Of a stretch of 64,000 nt of DNA, positions 34,513 through 43,980 are shown piece after piece. The notes under the pieces were generated by a model. That model made no database searches. It was not told where the DNA came from and worked only from the letters and a program-made list of their open reading frames with translations. The DNA comes from Cyanobacteriota bacterium. GTDB taxonomy: Bacteria > Cyanobacteriota > Cyanobacteriia > PCC-6307 > Cyanobiaceae. The translations under genes and the position numbers were made by a program. Where the stretch lies: assembly GCA_046052125.1 (NCBI GenBank), contig JBJOMY010000005.1:128001-192000 (forward strand), given 5' to 3'. The stretch's first letter is position 1, and each line of letters starts with the position of its first letter.

Positions 34513-35202
34513 ATGGCGATGCAGCGGCGGGTTCGGTGGCTGGCTCTGGGGTGCGCGCTCGTGCTGGCAACCGCTGCACCGGCGTTGAGTGAGCCGCGCA
34601 CGATCCAGGTGGTGGAGGGCGACACGCTCGAGCAGCTGGCGTTGCGTTACCGCGTAAACCTGCAGGCTCTGATCGAGCTGAATGGCATCCGTGACCCCAC
34701 GCTGCTGCAGGTGGGCCAGGTGCTGAAGCTGCCGGGTGCCCCCAACAGCCCCCAACGCGCGACCAGCGGCGAACTGGCACCGCCTCCGCCCGAGGGCAGC
34801 GGCGGTGAAGCAGCGGCAGCGCTGTTACTGAGCCCAGCGGAGCGGCGCGATCGAGCCGAGCTGGAGTGGCGCGAACAGTCGGGCCAGGCCCGCTGGAAGT
34901 GGTTCAACAGCACCGCCGTGGATTGGTCGGGCTGGAAGCTGCACCCCGGCGGTGTGCGCATCACCCTGGTGAAGCCATCGATCAGCGACCTGGGCCTGCG
35001 GGGGTCCGCCGCCACGGCCGTGGCTGTGCAGTGCGAATCCCTGCGCCAGAACTGGCGCATTGATGGCAACTGGCAGGGCTGGGACACCCCCACACCAGGA
35101 TCGGTGGGTCAGCGAATCGTGCTCGACCTCTGCAGCAACACCCTCGACGGCCCGGCCGTGCCGGTGCCGCAGCCAGACAGCCCTAAGCTCGGTCCGGCAT
35201 AA
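34513..35202 (+). CDS. Exported LysM-domain protein
   Basis: Signal peptide; VVEGDTLEQLA...LIELNGI..PTLLQVGQVLKLP. Confidence 0.88.
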   Translation: MAMQRRVRWLALGCALVLATAAPALSEPRTIQVVEGDTLEQLALRYRVNLQALIELNGIRDPTLLQVGQVLKLPGAPNSPQRATSGELAPPPPEGSGGEAAAALLLSPAERRDRAELEWREQSGQARWKWFNSTAVDWSGWKLHPGGVRITLVKPSISDLGLRGSAATAVAVQCESLRQNWRIDGNWQGWDTPTPGSVGQRIVLDLCSNTLDGPAVPVPQPDSPKLGPA

Positions 35203-35210
35203 GGCACCCC

Positions 35211-35612
35211 ATGGGGTTCTCGCTTCAGGAGTTCTTCACCCCTTGGCTGAGGGGTACGCCGGATGCCCGCAAGCGGTTTCTACGAGATCCGCGGGGTGCC
35301 ATGTCCGAGATCGTCGGGGTTCCAAACGACATCGAGGTGGCGGTCTACACCCACGAGGGTGCTATCTGGTTCAGGGCCTCGATCCCTCGGGAACCCAGCC
35401 AAGAGGTGGGATCGCTAGGGGAGATGCGGATCAGCAATGAACGTCTACAGAAGTGCCCGGCGCTAGGGGTCTCCGGCAGCGAATTCATTGCCAACCACGT
35501 CGCGATCTTGGCGGAACACGGCATCCGGGTACCGGAGGACGTCCTGGTGGAGATCGATCCGACTCCGAAGGGCTTTATTCACTTCAAGGTTCCCCTCAAA
35601 CGCCTTATCTGA
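35211..35612 (+). CDS. Hypothetical protein with two NHLP-leader-like repeats
   Basis: 133-aa ORF fills the LysM-glyQ gap; internal repeats RFLRDPRGAMSEIVGVPNDIEV and EFIANHVAILAEHGIRVPEDVLV. Confidence 0.65.
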   Translation: MGFSLQEFFTPWLRGTPDARKRFLRDPRGAMSEIVGVPNDIEVAVYTHEGAIWFRASIPREPSQEVGSLGEMRISNERLQKCPALGVSGSEFIANHVAILAEHGIRVPEDVLVEIDPTPKGFIHFKVPLKRLI

Positions 35613-35616
35613 TTGT

Positions 35617-36489
35617 TCAGCTGGAGAGCAGCAGCGGGAAACCCAGCGCTTCGCGCTCTTCCAGCCAGGCCTCAGCCACCTGACGGGCGAGGTTGCGAAT
35701 GCGGCCAATGGTGGCGGTGCGCTCAGTGACCGAGATCACGCCACGGGCCTCCAGCAGGTTGAAGGTGTGGCTGCACTTGAGCACGAAATCCAGCGCCGGA
35801 GCAGGCAGCTTCTTCGCTACCAGATCCGCCGCCTCGGCTTCGTAGATGGCAAACAGCTGCTTGAGACGCTCCGGGTTAGAGGCCTCGAAGTTGTAGGTGC
35901 ACTGGCCCTTCTCAAACGGCAGCCAGATGTCGCCGTAGGAGCGCTTCCCATCCCAGGAGAGATCCCAGATGCTCTCCACATCCTGGAGATACATGGCCAG
36001 ACGCTCGAGGCCGTAGGTGATCTCGATTGACACGGGCCGGCAGTCGATGCCGCCGCACTGCTGGAAATAGGTGAACTGGGTCACCTCCATGCCATCGAGC
36101 CACACCTCCCAGCCCACACCCCAGGCACCGAGGGTGGGCGACTCCCAGTTGTCCTCCACAAAGCGGATGTCGTGGTCGGCGGCTTTGATCCCGAGGGCCT
36201 CCAGCGAAGCCAAATAAGTTTCCTGAATGCCGTCAGGGCTGGGCTTGATCAGCACCTGGTACTGAAAGTAGTGCTGAGCCCGGTTGGGGTTATCGCCGTA
36301 GCGACCATCCGTGGGACGCCGACACGGCTCCGGATACGCCACGGCCCAGGGCTCAGGACCGATCGCCCGCAGCACCGTATGCGGACTCATGGTGCCGGCG
36401 CCCTTTTCAGTGTCGTAGGGCTGCAGGATCAGACAGCCCCGCTCAGCCCAGAAGCGGTTGAGGGTGCTGATGATGTCCTGGAAATGCAC
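35617..36489 (-). CDS. glyQ: Glycine-tRNA ligase alpha subunit
   Basis: [41 protein letters not shown] start at 36489. Confidence 0.98.
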   Translation of the reverse strand: MHFQDIISTLNRFWAERGCLILQPYDTEKGAGTMSPHTVLRAIGPEPWAVAYPEPCRRPTDGRYGDNPNRAQHYFQYQVLIKPSPDGIQETYLASLEALGIKAADHDIRFVEDNWESPTLGAWGVGWEVWLDGMEVTQFTYFQQCGGIDCRPVSIEITYGLERLAMYLQDVESIWDLSWDGKRSYGDIWLPFEKGQCTYNFEASNPERLKQLFAIYEAEAADLVAKKLPAPALDFVLKCSHTFNLLEARGVISVTERTATIGRIRNLARQVAEAWLEEREALGFPLLLSS

Positions 36490-36733
36490 GAGTTGCTCCT
36501 GAAGGGGCCGGCGTGGGCGCGCTCGGCCACCGATTCTGCCCAGCGGCGGTTCCGCGCTAGGCACGAGCACCTACTGACGACCCCAGCAGAGCGCCGCAGA
36601 TTGAAAGCAGTTGCCGCTCTCAGATGGGACCCGACCTCGGACTCGCCATCCTGCTGCCCGCTGCCCTGTTCAGCCTCGTCACGATCATCTGTTCAGCGCG
36701 GCAGGAGAACGAGGTCGAGCAGCATCGCCAAGC

Positions 36734-37450
36734 TCAGGCCACCAGCTGCAGCAATCCCATCTGGCCGCCAGCCAACAACCGGTGACGCGCGTGGCTGAAG
36801 CCCGCCTCCTGAGCGAGAGCTTCCTGCTCTGAACCCGTGGGGAAGCGCTGCAGGCTGCGCTCGAGATAGGCGTATTGATCCTCCAGCCCGGCTTGCCGGG
36901 CCAATGGCACCACCAACTGGCGCAAGTAGAAGCGCTGAAAAGCAGCCGTGGCGCCGCGGCCATTCGCCGGGCGATTGAAATCGAGCACCGCCGCGCGGCC
37001 ACCGGTCCGCAACAAGCGCCGCAACTCCTGAAGCCCGGCCGCGGGATCCGGCAGGTTGCGCAAGCCGTAGGCCATCACCGCGCCATCAGCCCAGCCATCC
37101 GCCAGAGCGGTAGCCGCCGCATCGCCCTGCCTGAATTCCACAGGCAGCCAGGGCTGGCGCCCAGCCCGCTCGCGCGCCCGCTCCAGCGGAGCGGCGGCGG
37201 CGTCCAGCCCAAACACCAGCCCTCCCGGTCGAACTTTTTCTGCCAACACCAGGGCGAGATCACCCGTGCCGCAGCAGAGATCGAGCAGACGCTGGCCAGG
37301 GGCTGGATCGAGCCAGGCGACAGACTGTCGCTTCCAGAGGCGATGCAACCCCAGGCTGAGCAGGTCGTTGAGGTTGTCGTAAGCGGGGGCGATGCGATCA
37401 AACAGATCGCGAACCTGCTCAGGATCGCCGGGTTGAATCGACACTGGCAT
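36734..37450 (-). CDS. menG: Demethylphylloquinol/menaquinone methyltransferase (MenG/UbiE)
   Basis: FDRIAPAYD, SLGLHRLWK, LDLCCGTGD, YGLRN. Confidence 0.9.
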   Translation of the reverse strand: MPVSIQPGDPEQVRDLFDRIAPAYDNLNDLLSLGLHRLWKRQSVAWLDPAPGQRLLDLCCGTGDLALVLAEKVRPGGLVFGLDAAAAPLERARERAGRQPWLPVEFRQGDAAATALADGWADGAVMAYGLRNLPDPAAGLQELRRLLRTGGRAAVLDFNRPANGRGATAAFQRFYLRQLVVPLARQAGLEDQYAYLERSLQRFPTGSEQEALAQEAGFSHARHRLLAGGQMGLLQLVA

Positions 37451-37715
37451 CCCAGGGCAGGGAAATCGCATCGAGGCTGACACCTCCTGCTTGCAGCTGG
37501 GCCTCAATGCGATCAGCACTGGTGAAGGCCATCACCATCACCGCCGCCAAACCCACGGCGGCGGAGCACACCATGCAACCGGCCAACATCAAGGAGAACT
37601 CCTTGCGATCCGAGGCGGCCTGCATCAACTGCAGCGCCCAGGCCACCATCGCCACCACTACCAACACAATCACGACCGCCAGGGCCGTGGAGTGGGACTG
37701 GAGCAGGGCAGGCAC
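37419..37715 (-). CDS. Small two-TM hypothetical protein
   Basis: Two hydrophobic helices, EFSLMLAGCMVCSAAVGL. Confidence 0.65.
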   Translation of the reverse strand: MPALLQSHSTALAVVIVLVVVAMVAWALQLMQAASDRKEFSLMLAGCMVCSAAVGLAAVMVMAFTSADRIEAQLQAGGVSLDAISLPWDASVDSTRRS

Positions 37716-37777
37716 AGCCGGGCGCTTTGGGTCTCTGAGACAAATGTAACGGCGCGTAACGCTGGAGCGCGTCAGCG

Positions 37778-38572
37778 TCAGCCGCTCACGCCGGCGGGCC
37801 GCTCCAGCGGGCGGATCGTCAGACCACGACCGAGCAGATCCGTCTTGATCTGCTCCACGGTGAGCACTCCGTCGTGCAGCAGGGAGGCCAGCAGGGCCGC
37901 CGAGGCGTGACCGCCCTTGGGGCCTGCATCCAGAGCCTGAGCGATGTGATCGATGCAGCCGGCACCGCCACTGGCAATCACCGGCACCTCCACCGCATCG
38001 GCCACCGCCCGGGTGAGCTCGAGCTCGTAGCCCGCCTGGGTGCCATCGCCGTCCATCGAGGTGAGCAAGATCTCGCCGGCCCCCAGCTCCACCACCCGCT
38101 GCGCCCAGGCCACCGCATCAAGGCCTGTGTTTTCGCGGCCGCCTTTCACGTACACATCCCAGCCGCCCTCACGGCGCCGGGCATCGATGGCCACCACGAT
38201 GCACTGACAGCCAAAGCGCTCAGCACCCCGGGCCACCAGCTCCGGATCACGCACCGCCGATGAATTGAGGCTCACCTTGTCGGCACCGGCGCGAAGCAGT
38301 TCGGTGATGCCCTCCACCGTGCTGATGCCACCGCCCACGGTGAAGGGAATCGTGACGGCTTCAGCGGTGCGGCGCACCAGATCCACCAACGTGGCGCGCC
38401 CCTGGTGGGAGGCGGCGATATCGAGAAACACCAGCTCATCAGCACCAGAGGCGCTGTAGCGGCAGGCCAGCTCCACCGGATCGCCGGCATCGCGCAGACC
38501 GACGAAGTTCACCCCCTTCACCACCCGGCCATCGGCCACGTCGAGGCAGGGGATGATTCGTTTGGCGACCAT
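37778..38572 (-). CDS. hisF: Imidazole glycerol phosphate synthase cyclase subunit
   Basis: [33 protein letters not shown]. Confidence 0.98.
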   Translation of the reverse strand: MVAKRIIPCLDVADGRVVKGVNFVGLRDAGDPVELACRYSASGADELVFLDIAASHQGRATLVDLVRRTAEAVTIPFTVGGGISTVEGITELLRAGADKVSLNSSAVRDPELVARGAERFGCQCIVVAIDARRREGGWDVYVKGGRENTGLDAVAWAQRVVELGAGEILLTSMDGDGTQAGYELELTRAVADAVEVPVIASGGAGCIDHIAQALDAGPKGGHASAALLASLLHDGVLTVEQIKTDLLGRGLTIRPLERPAGVSG

Positions 38573-38634
38573 GGGAGAGAAGGAACAGCCGTGTGTCCGG
38601 GGGCTAACCTGGCGCCACTTTTGTCGCGCTGGAC

Positions 38635-38847
38635 ATGTCCCAGGCTGCCATCACCGTCGGCTCGAAGGTGCGGGTCACCCGGGTGCGCGACCGCATTCCC
38701 GCTGATCTCGTTGCAGCCCTTCAGGCCGATGCCACCGGCACCGTGAAGGACTTCAAAGTGACCGACGGGAAAGGCATCGGTGTGGTGGTGGAGCTGGCCA
38801 ATGGCACCACCACCTGGTTCTTCGACGACGAAATCACCGCAGCCTGA
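38635..38847 (+). CDS. petP: Cytochrome b6f subunit PetP (DUF2862)
   Basis: [30 protein letters not shown]. Confidence 0.88.
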   Translation: MSQAAITVGSKVRVTRVRDRIPADLVAALQADATGTVKDFKVTDGKGIGVVVELANGTTTWFFDDEITAA

Positions 38848-38857
38848 AGCCGCCACT

Positions 38858-39853
38858 GTGAGCGACTCCCCAAGCGACTCTCCCAATCCCACCGCCAGCA
38901 CTGGCGCGGGAGCGCGCCAACTGCTGGGCATGAAAGGTGCCAGCGGCACCTCCAACATCTGGAAGATTCGGCTTCAGCTGATGAAGCCGGTCACCTGGAT
39001 TCCACTGATCTGGGGTGTGCTCTGCGGCGCCGCGGCCTCAGGCAATTTCCACTGGACCTTCACCGAGGTAGGAGCATCCATCGCCTGCATGGTGATGAGT
39101 GGCCCGCTGCTGGCCGGCTACACCCAAACGATCAACGACTACTACGACCGCGAGATCGACGCGATCAACGAGCCGTATCGACCGATTCCCTCCGGTGCGA
39201 TTCCCCTCTGGCAGGTGAAAGCCCAGATCTGGGTGCTCTTGCTGGCCGGTCTGGGCGTGGCCTACGGCCTTGATCTGTGGGCTGCTCACACCACGCCGGT
39301 GCTGTTCCTGCTCGCGCTGGGCGGCTCCTTTGTGAGCTTCATCTACTCAGCACCGCCGCTCAAGCTCAAGCAAAACGGTTGGCTGGGCAACTACGCCCTC
39401 GGCGCCAGCTACATCGCCTTGCCCTGGTGGGCCGGACAGGCCCTGTTTGGCCAACTCACCTGGACCACGGCTCTGCTCACGCTCGCCTACTCCTTGGCCG
39501 GCCTGGGGATCGCGGTGGTGAACGATTTCAAGAGTGTGGAAGGCGACCGGGCCCTGGGCCTGCAATCGCTGCCTGTTGCTTTCGGCATCGAGAAGGCCAG
39601 CTGGATCAGCGCCGGGATGATCGATGTGTTCCAACTGGCGATGGTTGCCGTGCTGATCGCGATCGGCCAGCATTTCGCCGCTGTGCTGCTGGTGTTGCTG
39701 ATCATTCCTCAGATCACCTTCCAGGACATTTGGCTGCTGCGTGATCCCGTGGCATTCGATGTGAAATACCAGGCCAGCGCGCAGCCTTTCCTGGTGCTCG
39801 GCATGCTCGTGACCGCTCTGGCCATCGGCCATAGCGATCTGGTGGTGATGTGA
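38858..39853 (+). CDS. chlG: Chlorophyll synthase
   Basis: ARQLLGMKGA, MKPVTWIPL, NDYYDREIDAINEPYRPIPSG, NDFKSVEGD. Confidence 0.98.
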   Translation: MSDSPSDSPNPTASTGAGARQLLGMKGASGTSNIWKIRLQLMKPVTWIPLIWGVLCGAAASGNFHWTFTEVGASIACMVMSGPLLAGYTQTINDYYDREIDAINEPYRPIPSGAIPLWQVKAQIWVLLLAGLGVAYGLDLWAAHTTPVLFLLALGGSFVSFIYSAPPLKLKQNGWLGNYALGASYIALPWWAGQALFGQLTWTTALLTLAYSLAGLGIAVVNDFKSVEGDRALGLQSLPVAFGIEKASWISAGMIDVFQLAMVAVLIAIGQHFAAVLLVLLIIPQITFQDIWLLRDPVAFDVKYQASAQPFLVLGMLVTALAIGHSDLVVM

Positions 39854-41922
39854 CGGCCAAGCGCCGCCGCCCGCTGCTCCGAGCCGGCCTGATTGGGGCC
39901 GGAGCAGGGGTTGCCGTTTCCCTTGGCCAAAACCTGCTGGTGCAGGGGGTGGACGCGCTGCTACCCAACGTGCAGCGGGTGAGCAGCTACAACCGGCCCG
40001 GCACGGTGACGGTGCTCTCAGCGGACGGACAGGTGATCCAGAAGCTGGGCCCTGCCACGCGCGAGAAGTTGGTGAGCGGCCAGATGCCCCTGCTGGTGCA
40101 GCGGGCCTTCATCGCCGCTGAAGATCGCCGCTTCTACGAGCACGACGGCATCGATCCGGTGGGCATCGGCCGAGCGCTGATGCGCAATGTGAAACGCGGA
40201 TCGGTTGAGGAGGGTGCGAGCACGATCACCCAGCAGCTGGCGCGCACGGTGTTCCTGAGCCAGGACCGCACGATCATTCGCAAGCTGAAAGAAGCGCTGC
40301 TAGCCGGAAAGCTGGAGCGCCAGCTGAGCAAGCAGCAGATCCTCGAGCAATACCTCAATTACGTGTATCTGGGCTCGAGCGCCTACGGCGTTTCGGATGC
40401 CGCGTGGATCTATTTCTCCAAACGCCCCTCGGAGCTCACCCTGCCGGAGGCGGCCCTGATCGCCGGCCTGCCTCCGGCCCCATCGGTGTATTCACCGCTG
40501 GTGAATCCAGATCTAGCCCTGGAGCGGCGGGCCACGGTGCTGCGCCGCATGCGCGAAGCCGGTTTCATCGACGACCTGCAACTGCAAAGCGCCAGCGCCA
40601 GCCCCCTGCTGCTCAAGCCCGCTGAGCCGAAGTTCTGGACGAGCCGCGCTCCTTATTTCACCAGCTGGGTGGCGCAGGAACTGCCCAAGGTGCTCAGCCC
40701 TGAAGACCTCGAGGTGGGCGGCCTCACGATCCGCACCAGCCTCAACATGAGCTGGCAAGAACGAGCTCAGGCCACGATCAACAAGCACGCCCCCGGGGAT
40801 ATGGAGGGGGCGGTGGTGTCGATGGAGCCAGGCACCGGCCTGGTGCGCTCGATGGTGGGCGGCAAGGATTTCGACAAGAGCCAGTTCAACCGCGCCGCTC
40901 AGGCCCTGCGCTCTCCCGGCTCCACGTTCAAGTTGTTCGTGTATCTCACGGCCCTCAAGGAGGGCATGAAGCCGGAAGACGCGATCAACGACCGCCAGGT
41001 GTGTTACGCGGGCTACTGCCCGAAAAACTTCGGCAACCGCTACATGGGCACCGTGCCGCTCTGGGTGGCCCTGCAGAACTCGCTCAACACAGTGGCGGTC
41101 AGCCTGCTGAAGCAGATCGGCTTCGACAAGGTGATCGCCACCGCCAAGAGCCTGGGCATCACCCGTGAGCTGGGGCGCTTCTATCCCCTGGCCGTGGGCG
41201 CCACCGAGCAGACCGTGCTCGACATGACCGCCGCCTATGCCGCGATCTTCAACAGGGGCGTCTACGTGACGCCCACACCGTTTGAGGAAATCCTCGGCCC
41301 CAACGGCGAACTGCTCTGGAGCCGCCGCGTGGATGGCGACCGGGGCCGCCGGGCCGTACCAAGCGACATCGCCGACGCCATGCTCTGGATGCTGCAGCAG
41401 GTGGTGAAAGGCGGCACCGGCTACGGGGCCGTACCCCCCAATCGTCCGGCTGCCGGCAAGACCGGCACCTCCGAAGGGGGTCGCGACCTGTGGTTCATCG
41501 GCGGTGTGCCCCAGCTCGTGACTGGCCTGTGGCTCGGCTACGACAACAACAAGGAAACCAAGAGCACCAGCGCCGTCGCCGTGGTGGCCTGGGCGGACTA
41601 CATGGGCCCGATCCTCAAAGACCTACCGGTACGGCAGTTCCCACCCAAGCCGCAGCTGGCGGGCAAATTCGATCCACTCAAGGCGCTGAAGGGCAAACCC
41701 AAGGCGATGGAGCCCGCCGGAACGTCGGGAGCGACAACCGCACCCGCCACCACACCCGGCACGGCTCCCCAGGTGATCCCGGAAGGCACCCCCAGCGAAG
41801 CCAGCAGCGCAGAGCCTGCAACAGCCCCGGCTGGCGCAACCCCAGCGGCACCTCCTCCGGTGGACGCCGGGCCAACCCCGCCACCGCCGGTGGCACCAGC
41901 CGCACCACCGCCTCTGCCCTGA
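39850..41922 (+). CDS. Class A penicillin-binding protein with Pro/Ala-rich tail
   Basis: EDRRFYEH, GASTITQQ (transglycosylase); STFK, SLN, KTG (transpeptidase). Confidence 0.95.
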   Translation: MTAKRRRPLLRAGLIGAGAGVAVSLGQNLLVQGVDALLPNVQRVSSYNRPGTVTVLSADGQVIQKLGPATREKLVSGQMPLLVQRAFIAAEDRRFYEHDGIDPVGIGRALMRNVKRGSVEEGASTITQQLARTVFLSQDRTIIRKLKEALLAGKLERQLSKQQILEQYLNYVYLGSSAYGVSDAAWIYFSKRPSELTLPEAALIAGLPPAPSVYSPLVNPDLALERRATVLRRMREAGFIDDLQLQSASASPLLLKPAEPKFWTSRAPYFTSWVAQELPKVLSPEDLEVGGLTIRTSLNMSWQERAQATINKHAPGDMEGAVVSMEPGTGLVRSMVGGKDFDKSQFNRAAQALRSPGSTFKLFVYLTALKEGMKPEDAINDRQVCYAGYCPKNFGNRYMGTVPLWVALQNSLNTVAVSLLKQIGFDKVIATAKSLGITRELGRFYPLAVGATEQTVLDMTAAYAAIFNRGVYVTPTPFEEILGPNGELLWSRRVDGDRGRRAVPSDIADAMLWMLQQVVKGGTGYGAVPPNRPAAGKTGTSEGGRDLWFIGGVPQLVTGLWLGYDNNKETKSTSAVAVVAWADYMGPILKDLPVRQFPPKPQLAGKFDPLKALKGKPKAMEPAGTSGATTAPATTPGTAPQVIPEGTPSEASSAEPATAPAGATPAAPPPVDAGPTPPPPVAPAAPPPLP

Positions 41923-41931
41923 GCCAGTAGC

Positions 41932-43284
41932 TCAGGCTTGCCGCTTCAACACGGCAGCAAAGAAGCCATCGCCGCCACCATCCACTTCACCCGGCCACAG
42001 CTGCCAGCTCTCGATCAACTGCAGCTCGGGCTGATCGCCGAGGAGCGCATCGATCAGCTGCTGGTTTTCCCGTGGGTGCACGGTGCAGGTGGCGTAGACC
42101 AACCGACCTTGAGGCTTGAGCAAGGGGAGCAGCCCATCGAGCAGCTGGCGTTGCAACAACACCAGCTCATCGATCGCAGCCGGATCGATCCGCCAACGGG
42201 CATCGGCATGGCGGGCCAAGGTGCCAAGGCCCGAGCAAGGTGCATCCACCAGGATCCGATCCACGTGGCCCAACAACTCAGGCTGTTGGTTGGCCCAGGT
42301 GGTGGCATCGCCATGGCGCACATCAATGCAGTCGAGCCCCAGGCGCTCGGCGTTGCGGCTCACCCGCCGCAGCCGCGCTTCCCCGCGATCAAGGGCCAGC
42401 ACGGTGCCCTGATCCCCCATCAGTTCAGCTAGGTGGGTGCTCTTGCCACCGGGGGCGGCGCAGGCATCCAGGATGCGCTCACCTGGCTGCGGATCCACCA
42501 GCGGCGCTATGCGCTGGGCGGCTCGATCCTGCACACACCAATGCCCCTCGCTGAACCCAGGTAACCGGCTGAGATCACCGCTGCGGCCCACCAGCGTGAG
42601 CCCCTGCGGCACGCCCTCAATTGGCCGTGCCTCCACCCCAGCGGCGGCCAGTGCGGCCTGCACCTCAGCCGGCGTGGACCGCAACCGATTCACCCGCAGA
42701 TCCAAACCAGGCGGTGTGTTGCACGCCTGAGCGAACGCCTCGGCCCGCTCCGGCGGCAACCACTGCAGCAGGTTGCCAGTGAGCCAATCGGGCAGGGAAT
42801 ACCGCACCCCCAGTGCCACCGCCGGATCGGCCGCTGCCTGCGGGGGGAGCGGCAGGGTGTCGCCAGCCTCGCGGCGGCGCAGGAAGGCCCGAAGCATGCC
42901 GTTGGCCACTGGTGCCAGCCGCGCCAAGCCCCCACGTTTGGCCAGCTCAACGGTGGTGCTCACCGCTGCGGAGGCGGGCACCCGATCGCTGGCAATCAGC
43001 TGATAGAGGCCCAGATGGAGCAACCAGCGCAGCTTGGGGGGCTGGCGCTCCGCCGGAACTTTTCCCAACTGATCCAGCCAGGCATCCAACAAACGGCGCT
43101 GCCGGATCGCGCCGTAGGCGAGCTCCGTGGCCAGCGCCCGATCCAGGGGCGCCAGTTGAACCTTCCCTAGCTCCCGCTCGAGGGCCCCATCGGCATAGGC
43201 CCCCGCTGCCACGGCCTGCAGCACCTGCCAAGCCAGCTGGCGCGGCGCAAGACCCCTCGGTTCAGCAACAGCAGAAACGCTCAA
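41932..43284 (-). CDS. rsmB: 16S rRNA m5C967 methyltransferase (Sun)
   Basis: NusB-like N-terminus, DACAAPGGK, DAPCSG, YATCT. Confidence 0.95.
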   Translation of the reverse strand: MSVSAVAEPRGLAPRQLAWQVLQAVAAGAYADGALERELGKVQLAPLDRALATELAYGAIRQRRLLDAWLDQLGKVPAERQPPKLRWLLHLGLYQLIASDRVPASAAVSTTVELAKRGGLARLAPVANGMLRAFLRRREAGDTLPLPPQAAADPAVALGVRYSLPDWLTGNLLQWLPPERAEAFAQACNTPPGLDLRVNRLRSTPAEVQAALAAAGVEARPIEGVPQGLTLVGRSGDLSRLPGFSEGHWCVQDRAAQRIAPLVDPQPGERILDACAAPGGKSTHLAELMGDQGTVLALDRGEARLRRVSRNAERLGLDCIDVRHGDATTWANQQPELLGHVDRILVDAPCSGLGTLARHADARWRIDPAAIDELVLLQRQLLDGLLPLLKPQGRLVYATCTVHPRENQQLIDALLGDQPELQLIESWQLWPGEVDGGGDGFFAAVLKRQA

Positions 43285-43353
43285 CAGGCCCGCAGCTCAG
43301 ACATTGCTTCACAACTAGCGCCCGGCGGCAGCCAGCGATAGCGAGCCAGCGGC
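43281..43353 (-). pseudogene. Displaced original 3' end of the ATL/MGMT gene
   Basis: Translates as PLARYRWLPPGASCEAMSELRAC*, matching PLARYRWLP of the ATL C-terminus; its TGA overlaps the rsmB TTG start. Confidence 0.75.
43325..43353. repeat. 29-bp direct repeat, left copy
   Basis: GCGGCAGCCAGCGATAGCGAGCCAGCGGC; 27/29 identical to 43964-43992. Confidence 0.92.
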
Positions 43354-43402
43354 GACGTTCTGAAACAGGGGTGGCATTTCACCAACAAAGCCAGCCAGCC
43401 CC

Positions 43403-43660
43403 ATGCCGATCGTGAGCCGCTTTCTTGGCATCACCATCATGATGTTCTACGCCGACCATCAACCGCGTCACTTTCATGCGCGGTACGGAGCTGCGGAAGT
43501 GTTGGTGGAGATCGACTCGGGCCTTGTGCACGGGGCTTTTCCGCCTCGAGCGCTGCGATTGGTTCTTGAATGGAGAAGCCTCCACCTCAGCGAACTCCAG
43601 GAGGATTGGCAGCGATGCCAGGACCAGGAACCCCTCATCCCGATCCCACCCCTGGAATGA
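43403..43660 (+). CDS. DUF4160 protein (HicA-like putative toxin)
   Basis: MPIVSRFLGITIMMFYADHQPRHFHARY, LVLEW...EL..DW, IPPLE. Confidence 0.9.
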   Translation: MPIVSRFLGITIMMFYADHQPRHFHARYGAAEVLVEIDSGLVHGAFPPRALRLVLEWRSLHLSELQEDWQRCQDQEPLIPIPPLE

Positions 43661-43980
43661 GCACACCATTGCGAATTGAGGCGGTCGAACACCTGGAAGG
43701 AACCAGGATCCGTGTGGCCTTCAGCAACGGGCGCAGCGGAGTGGCTGACCTGCAATGGCTTCTGACTGGGCCTCTCCTAGAGCCCCTCAAGCAGCCCGGA
43801 TACTTTGCAGGCTTGGAACTCAACGCAGAGCTGGGCACCATCACCTGGCCGAACGGAGCCGATTTGGCACCGGAAGCGATTTACTTCCAAGCCTTCCAGG
43901 ACGACCCATCGCTGCAGGAGACATTCCAGGCCTGGGGTTATCGCTCGGCAGCCAAATCGGGCTGCGGCAGCCAGCGATAA
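43657..43980 (+). CDS. DUF2442 protein (putative antitoxin)
   Basis: IRVAFSNG, LGTITWPNGADLAPE; ATGA overlap with the DUF4160 stop. Confidence 0.88.
   Translation: MSTPLRIEAVEHLEGTRIRVAFSNGRSGVADLQWLLTGPLLEPLKQPGYFAGLELNAELGTITWPNGADLAPEAIYFQAFQDDPSLQETFQAWGYRSAAKSGCGSQR

Noticed and set aside
35199..35608. 7-bp inverted repeat ATAAGGC/GCCTTAT flanking the NHLP-like gene
   Set aside because: Too short to distinguish from chance; no target duplication or transposase.
41690..41922. Repetitive Pro/Ala/Thr-rich sequence at the PBP 3' end
   Set aside because: A low-complexity protein tail typical of class A PBPs, not a DNA repeat element.
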